From the NCBI GenBank assembly GCA_963798425.1, contig CAWCTP010000012.1, positions 153,470-217,469 on the forward strand: DNA of 64,000 nucleotides, given 5' to 3'. Below the pieces are notes generated by a model. The model searched no databases, was not told the origin of the DNA, and was given only the letters and a program-made list of their open reading frames with translations. The position numbers and the translations under genes are program-made. The stretch is from an uncultured delta proteobacterium. Its GTDB lineage: Bacteria > Desulfobacterota > Desulfobulbia > Desulfobulbales > Desulfocapsaceae. Of this stretch, positions 39,322 through 49,546 are shown one piece after another. The stretch's first letter is position 1, and each line of letters opens with the position of its first letter.

Positions 39322-41058
39322 ATGAAAGGATTTAAGGTATACATGAGCTCACTCGCTTTGGTAGGGTTTCTGGTGTCTCCAGCATGGTCGACCCAGACCG
39401 CGCTCTCAGATTCGGACATGGATGGGGTTTATGCCCAGGGAATCACCATTTCGAACACCTACAACGATAACGATACTTTCAACAACACAACTACCCAGAA
39501 AAGTTCAAACTCCCTGAAGAGCAATCAAGCCAACCTGGCAAGCAATAATGCCCAAGCCGCGGCTTTAGGTAGCGGCGGGGATGCAAAGGGTGAAGCGGAG
39601 ACTGAAGGTAATAACAATGCCAACGGCGGCGATGGCGGTACCGGTGGTGCCGGTGGGCCTGGTTTTGGTCTTGGTCTTGGTCTTGGTGACAGTGGCGGCA
39701 ACACCGGCACCGGTAGCGGCACCGGCGGCAACGCTGGTGGCGGCGGTGGTGGCGGCACCGGTGGTCTCGCCGGTAATTTAGTCCCCGGTGGAAATGCTTT
39801 CGGCGGACCGGGCCTGGCTGGATCTGGAGCAGGGGTCCTGAATCCTAATGCTAACATTGATCCTGATATTCCAATTAGCGCCAATGTAGCGGCCACCCTG
39901 CAAACGTCTTTGGGTCTTAATGTCCAGGTTATTGCAGATATTAATGCAGCAGACAATGGTTCAGTTGCTATCGATGATATTGACGACTCAGCCGTCGCCA
40001 ATCTTAGTTCTATAGCCAATCGTAACAATAAAGGAAATTACCAAGCAGCAATTAATGGAGACAATGTCTTCAACAACTTGCAAAATCAGATCAGTCTGGA
40101 CGACAGCACCGTCTTTGGCAATGAATCACCGTCAATTAATACAGTTATTGGAAATGTGGCTGCGCCGAAAGCAGTGGCATTTGGTTCTGCGTACTCTGGG
40201 CCAGCCTTTGCCGGTGCGTCTAACAAAAGTGATCAGTTTAATGTTCCGGTTGCGGTCAGTGCAGCAACGAACGTTGGGCTGACGGATGCATATGGCAGGA
40301 CTTATGCCGATGCTGATGGTGGCGATGCACTGCAAGTTCCAATTGCTGCATCAGCCAACTTGGGTAAAGCCGATGCTGATGCTGACGGCGGTGCCTCTTT
40401 TGCAGCTGACGGAGCACTTGGCTTAACAGGTGCCGGCAGTGCTGCCTTTAATCCTAGCGGTAATGCTGCTGGACTCGCCGGCGCTACAGGCGGAGTCGGC
40501 GGCAATGGCGGGGACGGCAATGATGGTAATGCTCTGGCCGCCGCACTCGCTAGGGGTGGCAGTGACAACGATGCTCTAAGCGCTGCACTTGCTGCTCAGG
40601 GATTTGATCAGAAGGCTAAAGCCGGCGATGCCAATGGTGGTACAGCTGATGCTTATAACGACCAGAGCAATAAAAATTCTGCCGCTGCAATTGCGGATAC
40701 CAGTGGAAAAGCGCTGGCAGCTTCGGATGTAAAAGCAATCAACGAGCAGTACGCCAAGTCCGATGAAGCTAAGGCAGAAGGGGAAAATTATGCCAAGCAG
40801 GAAAATGATGTCAATGCAAAAAGCACCGCTACAAACCTGACCGCCGCTGATGCAAGTGGCACAGTAGCTGTCGTGACTGTTGATCAGAACAATCTGGTAA
40901 AATCCCTCCAGGTAAGTGGGAGCAATGATAACAAAGGCAACGTATTCCTGTCAATTCAAAGTAGTGTGCAACAGCAGGTGAACAACGTTTCAACTTCTGG
41001 CTATTCATCACCTATAACCCAAGGCAATGCAGTGGCCGTGAATACTCTGTTCAATTAG
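39322..41058 (+). CDS. secreted Gly/Ala/Asn/Asp-rich low-complexity protein, paralog family member 2
   Basis: GAAGGAGG RBS. Signal peptide plus ALSDSDMDGVYAQGI. A long GGTGGAGGPGFGLGLGLGDSGG… tract. No Cys. 578 aa. A Pro-rich antisense ORF is disregarded. Confidence 0.65.
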   Translation: MKGFKVYMSSLALVGFLVSPAWSTQTALSDSDMDGVYAQGITISNTYNDNDTFNNTTTQKSSNSLKSNQANLASNNAQAAALGSGGDAKGEAETEGNNNANGGDGGTGGAGGPGFGLGLGLGDSGGNTGTGSGTGGNAGGGGGGGTGGLAGNLVPGGNAFGGPGLAGSGAGVLNPNANIDPDIPISANVAATLQTSLGLNVQVIADINAADNGSVAIDDIDDSAVANLSSIANRNNKGNYQAAINGDNVFNNLQNQISLDDSTVFGNESPSINTVIGNVAAPKAVAFGSAYSGPAFAGASNKSDQFNVPVAVSAATNVGLTDAYGRTYADADGGDALQVPIAASANLGKADADADGGASFAADGALGLTGAGSAAFNPSGNAAGLAGATGGVGGNGGDGNDGNALAAALARGGSDNDALSAALAAQGFDQKAKAGDANGGTADAYNDQSNKNSAAAIADTSGKALAASDVKAINEQYAKSDEAKAEGENYAKQENDVNAKSTATNLTAADASGTVAVVTVDQNNLVKSLQVSGSNDNKGNVFLSIQSSVQQQVNNVSTSGYSSPITQGNAVAVNTLFN

Positions 41059-41174
41059 TATTTTATTTGACCAAGAGTTAAATGAAAAGGAGAGGGGGCA
41101 CAGAATCAGACCGTGCCCCCTTCTCCTGTTTCTCGTTTCAATTCAGGTTGAATGAAATAAAGGAGATAGAAGAA

Positions 41175-41831
41175 ATGCTCGCTCAAAAGCCAATAAAAGT
41201 ACTTTTAATAATGGTACTCATAGTAGGGTTATTCCCTGTTATCGGGTGGGCAGGGCCAAGTCTACTGACTGATGATGATATGGATGGAATATACGCCAAG
41301 GGGATCTGGGTAAATTTTGAAATAAACATAGCGCTACCCGGAGGAAACACACTGTCAGTTCCCTTTTCCAATATGTCTAATATGGCCTCGCTAGGTAATA
41401 TAGGGGGGACGGGAGGTGGTGTTGAAAATGTAAGTGTATCTACCCCGTCGTCAACTTCTAATCCAGCCACCGGTCAAAGCACTCCGTCGGTGGTTTCTGC
41501 TCCAGCCACTGGTCAAAGCACTCCGTCTGTGCTTTCTGCTCCAGCTACTAGCCAAAGCACGCCGTCGGCTACTTCCGGAAATACCACAAGTTCTCCTGCT
41601 AATACGGCATCACCTGTTTATGAATATAGCTCTCCGGGATCAGGCTTTATTGTCACTGGCAATGCTATGCAGGGAAACAGTGGACTGATGATAAATGCAC
41701 CCAATTCTGCAGTCAGCATGACCATCAGTGTGGTGGTCCTGAATAACAGTACGGTTGGAGGGAATATTATTCAATCCTCGAATAGCTACCCTACTAACCT
41801 GTTCTTGTCACTTAAAAGCTATATGCAGTAA
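41175..41831 (+). CDS. secreted Ser/Thr/Pro-repeat protein, paralog family member 3
   Basis: AAGGAGA RBS before MLAQKPIKVLL. Signal peptide plus SLLTDDDMDGIYAKGI. Three near-identical ATGQSTPSV(V/L)SAP repeats. Confidence 0.6.
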   Translation: MLAQKPIKVLLIMVLIVGLFPVIGWAGPSLLTDDDMDGIYAKGIWVNFEINIALPGGNTLSVPFSNMSNMASLGNIGGTGGGVENVSVSTPSSTSNPATGQSTPSVVSAPATGQSTPSVLSAPATSQSTPSATSGNTTSSPANTASPVYEYSSPGSGFIVTGNAMQGNSGLMINAPNSAVSMTISVVVLNNSTVGGNIIQSSNSYPTNLFLSLKSYMQ

Positions 41832-42082
41832 GTAAAGCCATAATCCCAATTTGGGATAGATTCCTTTGGATCTTCTTGATCTTTTTGAATAAAGGTACTC
41901 ACTCTATCTCACTCTATTTGGGTTGTGGCTCGTTGAACTATGAATAATTTTGTGTCCGACTCGTTGAGGTCCCTGTTTTTTTATTTTATGAGGGAGGATT
42001 TTCCAACAAGCTGCCAAAAGGTTTCTTTGATTGTTTTTCCTGTGATAAAGAAACTGATTAAAAGAGGGAGGAAAGGGTTGAT

Positions 42083-42793
42083 ATGAAAAAAAGACTTATG
42101 ATGTTTCTGTCCGTTTTGTTGATGCTTCTGCTCTCTGGATGTGCAAAAACAGTCGGACCCAGAATAAGCATAGGCGGAGCAGGATTGGGACTGGTAGTCG
42201 CAATGCCGGTAAAGAGCGACCAGGAGATAAAATGGCAAAATGTCAAAAGGCAAAGTCTGGATATTAGTTGTGGACCGGCAGCCTTGTCCACTTTGATCAA
42301 CTACTATCTTGAAGATCAAGTATCGGAAATGGACATCATAAGCGGTATCCTGACGTCCAGCGACATCACCAAGATAAAAAAAATTCAAAAGAGACAGGCT
42401 TTCTCTTTGTTAGATTTGAAGAAATTTGCAAAATCCAGGGGGTATCAGGCTGCAGGATACAGAGTGGGTATTCAAGAACTGCTGGACTTTGCCAAGCCGG
42501 TTATAGTTCCTATCGAAACCATGGGGTATCGGCACTTTGTTGTGTTCAAGGGGATTAAGGGTGACCGGGTATACCTGGCTGACCCTGCTTTTGGTAACAG
42601 AACGATGCGCTATCCAAATTTTCTGTATGTCTGGAAGCAGCGGGTGGCTCTGGTAGTCAGTGCTCATGATGGAAAAGAAATTAAGAAGCATGATTTGAGT
42701 TTAGATGGTCAGCATGGGGTCTATGTGGAGGGTGGCATGCAGAGGATATTGAACCAGAGCTCTATAAATTTTATACCCTTGGGAGACTTCTAA
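42083..42793 (+). CDS. peptidase C39-like domain lipoprotein
   Basis: Lipobox LLSGC. C39 hallmarks: Cys in SLDISCGPAALSTLINYY, His in YRHFVVFKGIKGDRVYLADPAFG, then WKQRVALVV. Confidence 0.7.
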   Translation: MKKRLMMFLSVLLMLLLSGCAKTVGPRISIGGAGLGLVVAMPVKSDQEIKWQNVKRQSLDISCGPAALSTLINYYLEDQVSEMDIISGILTSSDITKIKKIQKRQAFSLLDLKKFAKSRGYQAAGYRVGIQELLDFAKPVIVPIETMGYRHFVVFKGIKGDRVYLADPAFGNRTMRYPNFLYVWKQRVALVVSAHDGKEIKKHDLSLDGQHGVYVEGGMQRILNQSSINFIPLGDF

Positions 42794-42891
42794 CAGAGTT
42801 CTCAGACAGAGTTATCAGTATGCTTGATTCGAAAAAATTAAGAAAAGGGTGTCTAGCCCTTTTCTTAATTTTTTCTTGTTGATTCAATCTG

Positions 42892-43929
42892 CTAGAATAA
42901 GTCAAAACGGAAAGGTACTGCCAGCTGGACGGTTACGTCGGGCGCATCCTCTGATAGTCCAATGGCGATGGAGAAATCGAGGTACCCACCTTTATCAAGA
43001 GCTAACACAGTCCCGAACTTGAGTGACGGAATGTTTTGATGGCTTCCGGAAATGGTTCCGGTTTTAATTCCGGCATTGTTATCGGGAAACTGGATATCCT
43101 CAACTGAACTTCTGAAGATAACTTGATGAGAATACTGCATATTTAAAGAAAAATCCGGACTCAATGCATAGGCAAATCCCAGCCCCCAATCTATGCTGTC
43201 GCCCGGATCATACTCTACATCTCCTACATTAACATCCGGTCCCAAATCTATCGTTCTTGAAATATTGTATGTATAGCCGATATTAGAAAAAACGACCACA
43301 GGGTCCATGGTTTTTATGGCGCTGAGAGTTCCATGGATTCCCCAGAAACCAGACCCCGTGGGGATCTCGTCATCATTCAGATCGAAGGGGTCCTTGCCTG
43401 TTCTGGTCTTTACCCTTACTGAGCCTACCAAGGCCGGTCTGCTGGCTTTTTCATTTAAAAATTGATAACTGAGGCCAGCCTCTATATCTCCAAAAGCTGT
43501 ATCAGTTGTTTTTGTTTCTTCACCGCTTTGGTACGAGATAATGTCGTTGGAATACCGCCATGGCACCATTACGTCCATTTGCAATTGGTTCCAAAGGCCA
43601 TATCGAAAAGTAAGGCTGGGTTCTACTATATTTCTTTCGACATCGGCCACATCAAAGGAACCTATAATAACCCCCGGAAGAACAGCCAAGCCATAAACGT
43701 ACAGGCGGTTGGTTGTTTGTAGTGAATAGCGGAGTTGAGGAGAGATCTCAAGCTGCCCCTGTTGGAGCAGGACGCCCCCTCTTTCGGCAACAGCTGGTGC
43801 AATTGAAAGTCTGATATCTTCAGGATTTTCAGCACCTTGTTGGGCGGACAAGGCTGTTTGGCCATTTCCAATGGTGCACAGGCCAAGAGTCATTACCATA
43901 ATAACACTCTTACAAATCGGCTTTTTCAT
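42892..43929 (-). CDS. outer-membrane beta-barrel protein
   Basis: AAGGGAGGA RBS before MKKPICK. Signal peptide. Alternating beta-strand pattern. Ends …VPFRFDLF (aromatic C-terminus). Convergent with the C39 gene. Confidence 0.6.
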   Translation of the reverse strand: MKKPICKSVIMVMTLGLCTIGNGQTALSAQQGAENPEDIRLSIAPAVAERGGVLLQQGQLEISPQLRYSLQTTNRLYVYGLAVLPGVIIGSFDVADVERNIVEPSLTFRYGLWNQLQMDVMVPWRYSNDIISYQSGEETKTTDTAFGDIEAGLSYQFLNEKASRPALVGSVRVKTRTGKDPFDLNDDEIPTGSGFWGIHGTLSAIKTMDPVVVFSNIGYTYNISRTIDLGPDVNVGDVEYDPGDSIDWGLGFAYALSPDFSLNMQYSHQVIFRSSVEDIQFPDNNAGIKTGTISGSHQNIPSLKFGTVLALDKGGYLDFSIAIGLSEDAPDVTVQLAVPFRFDLF

Positions 43930-44198
43930 CGTTCCTCCCTTGCTGCTCATATGAGCGATAACTATTAACAAATAGGTGTAAGGTGATGGGTGATATGTAG
44001 TCGTTTCTGTGCTTGTCTTGAGGTTTACCAGATATTTCTTTTCTCTTCCTGAGTTTTATTAAACCTATCGTATTTCTATATCTTTTTCTATGATTTTCGT
44101 AACTGTTCAGAAAAATAATATCGAAAAATCAATTCTGTCTGAGCAGAATCCAACTGCCTTTCAAATATACAATCAATCTATGCTCGATTACAGACATC

Positions 44199-44224
44199 AC
44201 ACGAAGGGATACCACGAAGGGATA
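44199..44224 (+). repeat. perfect tandem 13-bp direct repeat (cacgaagggatac x2)
   Basis: About 125 bp upstream of the helicase start. Candidate regulator binding site. Confidence 0.5.
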
Positions 44225-44347
44225 CGGCAGTGATAAAAGATATAGAAAATCAATAAAAACATCGATATTGGGCACTAAGTCAGGTAAACCTGAAATTGGG
44301 ACATAGCATAACTATTCAATAACACAATTCCATGATATTGGCATTAT

Positions 44348-47300
44348 ATGACCAGTGAAAGTCAGGATTTCCTTCGACAGTGCCTTCTTCTTGATATCGA
44401 GGTTAACGAAAAGAACGTTATTTATTCGATAGGTGGTGCTTTTCAGGGAGATTCTTTTCTGATCAAACCTGGGAAACAGATATCTTTTCAGCAGCTTCAG
44501 GAATTAGATAAATTCGGTCGTTCAGCGCAGTTTATTCTAGGTCATAATATCCTCAGTTATGATATTCCGCGCCTCAAGCAGATTGATCCTTCTCTGCAAC
44601 TCTTGAAAAAGCCGGCAATTGATACTCTGATTCTCTCTCCGCTTGCTTTCCCGGAAAATCCTTATCACCGATTGGTGAAAGATTATAAGCTCGTCCGGGA
44701 CAGCGTTAACGACCCGGTGCAGGATGCTCTTTTAGCCGGTAAAGTCTTTTCCGAGCAGTGGGATGCTTTTACCGGACAGATCGGCGCTGGCTCGGACGCA
44801 CCGATACTTTTCAGAAGTTTTCTGCACAATGATGGAAATCTGGGCGGAACCGCTGCAGCATTTGAGGCAATGAGTGTGCCTCTATTGAGAGGAGACGATC
44901 TTTACGAATCCTTTTGTTGGTTGGCACAAAAACATGGCTGCAGGACCAGTGCTGAAAATATTGTCGAGCAACTTATTAATGGAACGGTGAGTCATCCTCC
45001 GCTTGCCTATGTTACTGCCTGGTTGACAGTTGCTGGTGGAAATTCGGTTTTGCCGCCCTGGGTAAAACATCACTTTCCTGAAGTGCCTTTTTTACTCAAT
45101 CAACTTCGGCAGAATGGCTGCGGGGAGAGTAATTGCAGCTATTGCAGGGAGCACCATGATCCTCACCATTATCTGCAAAATTATTATGGTTTCCAGGATT
45201 TTCGGTTAGAGCCGGCTACAGAAGAAGGAAAAAGTTTACAGGCGGAAATTGTAGCAGCTGCCGCAAAAAATCTGTCACTTTTTGCCACGCTTCCGACTGG
45301 CGGCGGCAAATCGCTCTGCTATCTGCTTCCAGCCCTGATGCGCTACCAGCAACGCAATATGTTGACTATCGTCATTTCGCCCCTCCAGGCCTTGATGAAA
45401 GATCAGGTCGATAATTTCCTGAAACAGACGGGAACAAAGCTTGCGGTAGCTTTATACGGCATGCTGACCATGCCGGAGCGCGGAGAGATTATAGAGGGAG
45501 TTCGTCTTGGCGATGTCGGGATTCTGTTTGTCTCCCCCGAACAGCTTAGAAATCAATCGTTTATCAATACTATCAGTCAACGGGAAATTGGGGCCTGGGT
45601 TTTTGATGAGGCGCATTGTCTCTCTAAATGGGGCCATGACTTTCGGCCCGATTATCTCTACTCCATCCGGTTCATTCGTGAGTTTGCTCAAAAAGAAAAA
45701 ACCGGTATACCGCCTGTCCAGTGCTTTACCGCAACCGCTAAAAAAGATGTAAAAGCCGAAATAATTGACATCGTCCAGAGCGAACTCGGTTTGCGGCTGC
45801 ATCAATTTGAAGGCGGACACGAACGGACCAATCTGCATTATGAAGTGTGGCCTGTAGAAAAGCATGAAAAGAACCAGACAATTCTCGAATTACTCAGGGC
45901 GAGGTATCAGGGCAAAGGTAGCGTGGTTATTTATTGCGCGACGAGAAAAAATACCGAAATGTTATCGGAATTTCTCAATATGGCGGGATATACCGCTGAA
46001 GCCTTTCATGCAGGTCTAGACCCATCGTTGAAAAAACGTATCCAGGAAAATTTCATCGAGGGGGCAACCCCAGTTATTTGCGCCACCAACGCTTTTGGCA
46101 TGGGGATCGATAAGGACGACGTCCGTCTGGTAATTCATGCAGATATTCCCGGATCGCTGGAAAATTATCTCCAGGAGGCCGGTCGAGCAGGACGTGATCG
46201 CAGTGCCGCTGAGTGTATCCTCATATTTGCCGAGCAGGATATTGAAGGGCAATTTAGACTCAGCAGCAAATCCAGATTGACGCAGCGGGAAATTGCTCAG
46301 TTTCTTCGAGGGTTGCGATATGCTGCAAAAGGTGGAGATTCTGTGGTGCTGACAGCAGGGGAATTGCTGCGCCTCGACGTTGTGGACATCGATCCGGAGG
46401 AGCATCCAAATGCAGATACCCAGGTTCGCACCGCAGTCTCCTGGCTAGAACGTGCCGGTTTTCTTGAACGTAATGAAAATCACACCAGGGTCTTTCAGGG
46501 TAAGCCATTGGTCCGAAGCCTGGCGGAAGCGACCGAAAAAATGGGCAAACTTAATCTCTCTCAGAGGCAACAGGCCAGATGGCTGGCAATTTTAGCAGTT
46601 TTGATGGAGCGGCGACAGAATCAGTCCTTTAGTGCAGATGAACTGGCGGGGCAGTCAGCATTTACAACCACCCCTGAAGATCCGCCAAATGAAACAGAAA
46701 CCCTGCGTGTTATTCGTACTTTAAACGATATGGCCGAACAGGGCTTACTCTCAAAGGAAACGATCCTTTCAGCCTATGTCCGTTATAAAGTCTTGAAAAA
46801 TACAGAAAAACAACTGCAGCAGATAGTTATGCTGGAGCACGATTTCCTCCAGGTTTTACAGGAGACCGCACCGGAAATGGAGGTTGAGGCATTACTGGAG
46901 ATCGATCTTCGGCAAGTGAACCAGCTGTTACTGGAGAAGGGCCATAAAGAAAGCACCCCGCATATCCTGAAACTAATTCTGCATGGTTTATCCCGTGATG
47001 GCAAAGGGCTTGCGGGACAGCGTGGGAGTCTTTCGCTTAAAGCCAAAGGAAATAATAGATTTTCCCTGTGCCTGCATCGTGATTGGCAATCGCTGGTGCA
47101 AACGGTGCGTACTCGTCAATTGGCTGCTTCTGCCGCATTGAAGGTAATGCTTGGCACGATTGAGCCTTCTGCCAAGCCAAATGCAAGTCTGTTAGTCGAG
47201 TTCACCCTGGAAAAAATAATTGCCGGGTTAAAAACAGATTTACTTCTATTGCCAAAACTCCGGGACCCGCTTGCTGCGGCGGAACGTGCGCTGACTTTTA

Positions 47301-49513
47301 TGCATGAGCTGGGAATTATCGAATTACAGCAGGGACTGGCTGTTTTTCGTCAGGCCATGACCATCAAGATAAACCCGGAAGCAAAGCGAAGACGCTATTC
47401 CGGGACTGATTTCTCTCCTCTTAAAACCCACTATAACGAACGGAATTTCCAGATTCATGTGATGAACGAGTACGCGAGGCGGGCGCTGGAGAAGCTGAGT
47501 GTGGCAATGAATCTGGTCTCTTCGTATTTCAACGATGATAAAGACGACTTTATAAAACGGTTTTTTCCGGGGAAGAAGAAACATTTGGAAAGGGCGACCA
47601 GTGAGCAGTCGTATCTCAGGATAGTCGATGATTTGAAAAATGAAAGTCAACAAAGGATCGTTGCTGCGGAAACCGACCGCAATATGCTGGTTCTGGCCGG
47701 TCCTGGTTCGGGGAAGACAAGGGTTGTTGCTCATCGCGTGGCGTATCTGCTCCGGGTGAAACGGATAAAACCCGAGGCGATTCTGGTGCTCTGCTTTAAC
47801 CGCAGTGCGGTGATGAGTCTTCGGAGAAGAATTCGGGACCTGGTGGGGGACGACATGTTTGGGGTGACAACACTCACCTTTCATGGTTTGGCCTTGCGGC
47901 TGACCGGCAGGTCTTTGGTCACTGGAGAACAGAAAACTGGTCTCGATGAAATCGATTTTTCCATGGTTATCCAGGATGCTATCAGGTTGTTAAAAGGTGA
48001 GGAGGATGTCTTGGGTTTTGGTGATGTCCCTCCCAGATATACCCTGGTCGGCAAAATCAGCCATATCCTGGTCGATGAATATCAGGATATTGATGCCGAA
48101 CAGTATGAACTTGTCGCACTCCTGGCAGGTAAGACGCTGGAAGAAAAGGATCAGAAAATGACAATCCTTGCGGTAGGAGACGACGACCAGAACATCTACC
48201 GCTTCAGGGGGGCCAATGTCGGATTTATCCGAAAGTTCCATGAGGATTATAAGGCGGAAATTCACTACCTCATAGAAAACTACCGATCGACTGCACATAT
48301 AGTCTCTGCTGCAAACACTCTTATCAGCATGAATTCCGACCGGATGAAAATCGGTCATTCACTTCAGGTGAACCAGGCAAGGATTTCGTTGCCGCCTGGA
48401 GGAAACTGGCATTTGAATGATCCCCTAACAAAAGGTAGAGTACAGCGAATTGAAGTTGAGAACCAGCAGGATCAGGCCTGCGTGCTCTTACAAGAATTGC
48501 GACGTTTGCAGCGATTGCAGAATGGTTTTGCATTTGGCGAGTGTGCTGTTCTTGCCCGTGAGTGGAAAGGTCTTGATCTGGTTCGGGCTGTTTTGGAACA
48601 TGAAAAAATCCCGGTCAGTCTGAACTGGGGGCGTACGAATGCTTTTCCACGCATGTCGAAGATTAGGGAAAATTGCGTGCTTCTCGATCAATTACGGGAG
48701 ACAAGGTCGGAAATGAGAACAGCAAGTTCTCTCCTCACCTTTGTGCCGGTTGATATAAATCAAGATACTCTTTGGCACACTAATCTCAGGAGGTTGATAG
48801 CAGAATGGAGAGAGGAAACAAAGGATGTTCCACAGCCGGTGTCCCTTATTGAGGACTATTTTTACGAAGCACTCTCCGACCAGAGTCGGTCTAAAAATCT
48901 CTCTAACGGGATTTTTCTCTCCACTGTTCATTCTATAAAAGGTCTTGAATTCGACCATGTTTTTCTTCTCGGAGATGGTTGGCAGAAAAAACAGGGGATG
49001 GAAATGGAAGAGGAACGAAGGTTGTATTACGTCGGCATGTCGCGGGCGCGTGAGACGTTGCATCTCTTCAATCTTTCAGATAGTCCTAATCCACACGCAG
49101 AATCACTCACCGGCGACTTTCTGATCGCTCGAAAAGTGAAACCCGTAGAAAAATTCCAACCTTTAAATACACACTATGCCCTATTAGGTATGGGGGATCT
49201 TTTTCTCGATTACGCCGGACGAAAAAATGCGAGTCATCAGATTCGGGGAGCTTTGCAAAAATTACGGGCCGGAGACCGACTGCTGATAGAAGTGCGCAAT
49301 CGACAGTTAGAGCTGGTCAATGAACAAGGAATTTCAGTTGCTCGATTATCGAAAACTGCGCAGGCAGAGTGGGAAAATCGGGTGAGAGCGATCAGGGAAA
49401 TTCGGGTTATAGCAATGGTTCAGCGTTGTAAAAAGGATATCATTGATCAAACTTTCGGCAATCGATGTTCAGAAGAAAATTGGGAGGTTCCTATTGTCGA
49501 ATTTTGTTTTTAG
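44348..49513 (+). CDS. DEDDh-exonuclease / RecQ-like SF2 helicase / UvrD-like SF1 helicase triple-fusion protein
   Basis: 1721 aa. N-terminal DnaQ-like exonuclease (LLLDIEVNE…ILGHNILSYDIPRL). RecQ motifs (TGGGKSLCYLLPA, SPLQALMKDQV, DEAHCLSKWGHDFRPDY, ATNAFGMGIDKDDVR, QEAGRAGRD). C-terminal UvrD motifs (AGPGSGKTRV, ILVDEYQDID, VGDDDQNIYRFRGA, NYRST, VHSIKGLEFDHVFLL, VGMSRARE). Confidence 0.85.
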   Translation: MTSESQDFLRQCLLLDIEVNEKNVIYSIGGAFQGDSFLIKPGKQISFQQLQELDKFGRSAQFILGHNILSYDIPRLKQIDPSLQLLKKPAIDTLILSPLAFPENPYHRLVKDYKLVRDSVNDPVQDALLAGKVFSEQWDAFTGQIGAGSDAPILFRSFLHNDGNLGGTAAAFEAMSVPLLRGDDLYESFCWLAQKHGCRTSAENIVEQLINGTVSHPPLAYVTAWLTVAGGNSVLPPWVKHHFPEVPFLLNQLRQNGCGESNCSYCREHHDPHHYLQNYYGFQDFRLEPATEEGKSLQAEIVAAAAKNLSLFATLPTGGGKSLCYLLPALMRYQQRNMLTIVISPLQALMKDQVDNFLKQTGTKLAVALYGMLTMPERGEIIEGVRLGDVGILFVSPEQLRNQSFINTISQREIGAWVFDEAHCLSKWGHDFRPDYLYSIRFIREFAQKEKTGIPPVQCFTATAKKDVKAEIIDIVQSELGLRLHQFEGGHERTNLHYEVWPVEKHEKNQTILELLRARYQGKGSVVIYCATRKNTEMLSEFLNMAGYTAEAFHAGLDPSLKKRIQENFIEGATPVICATNAFGMGIDKDDVRLVIHADIPGSLENYLQEAGRAGRDRSAAECILIFAEQDIEGQFRLSSKSRLTQREIAQFLRGLRYAAKGGDSVVLTAGELLRLDVVDIDPEEHPNADTQVRTAVSWLERAGFLERNENHTRVFQGKPLVRSLAEATEKMGKLNLSQRQQARWLAILAVLMERRQNQSFSADELAGQSAFTTTPEDPPNETETLRVIRTLNDMAEQGLLSKETILSAYVRYKVLKNTEKQLQQIVMLEHDFLQVLQETAPEMEVEALLEIDLRQVNQLLLEKGHKESTPHILKLILHGLSRDGKGLAGQRGSLSLKAKGNNRFSLCLHRDWQSLVQTVRTRQLAASAALKVMLGTIEPSAKPNASLLVEFTLEKIIAGLKTDLLLLPKLRDPLAAAERALTFMHELGIIELQQGLAVFRQAMTIKINPEAKRRRYSGTDFSPLKTHYNERNFQIHVMNEYARRALEKLSVAMNLVSSYFNDDKDDFIKRFFPGKKKHLERATSEQSYLRIVDDLKNESQQRIVAAETDRNMLVLAGPGSGKTRVVAHRVAYLLRVKRIKPEAILVLCFNRSAVMSLRRRIRDLVGDDMFGVTTLTFHGLALRLTGRSLVTGEQKTGLDEIDFSMVIQDAIRLLKGEEDVLGFGDVPPRYTLVGKISHILVDEYQDIDAEQYELVALLAGKTLEEKDQKMTILAVGDDDQNIYRFRGANVGFIRKFHEDYKAEIHYLIENYRSTAHIVSAANTLISMNSDRMKIGHSLQVNQARISLPPGGNWHLNDPLTKGRVQRIEVENQQDQACVLLQELRRLQRLQNGFAFGECAVLAREWKGLDLVRAVLEHEKIPVSLNWGRTNAFPRMSKIRENCVLLDQLRETRSEMRTASSLLTFVPVDINQDTLWHTNLRRLIAEWREETKDVPQPVSLIEDYFYEALSDQSRSKNLSNGIFLSTVHSIKGLEFDHVFLLGDGWQKKQGMEMEEERRLYYVGMSRARETLHLFNLSDSPNPHAESLTGDFLIARKVKPVEKFQPLNTHYALLGMGDLFLDYAGRKNASHQIRGALQKLRAGDRLLIEVRNRQLELVNEQGISVARLSKTAQAEWENRVRAIREIRVIAMVQRCKKDIIDQTFGNRCSEENWEVPIVEFCF

Positions 49514-49546
49514 AGCCTTAGGTATAAAGTTTCAATAATAAAAATA

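Noticed and set aside
39525-40028. 167-aa Pro/Ala-rich minus-strand ORF, plus other antisense ORFs in 39581-40568
   Set aside because: Antisense to the GGT/GGC-rich Gly tract of the secreted protein. Its composition mirrors the sense repeats. Artefact.
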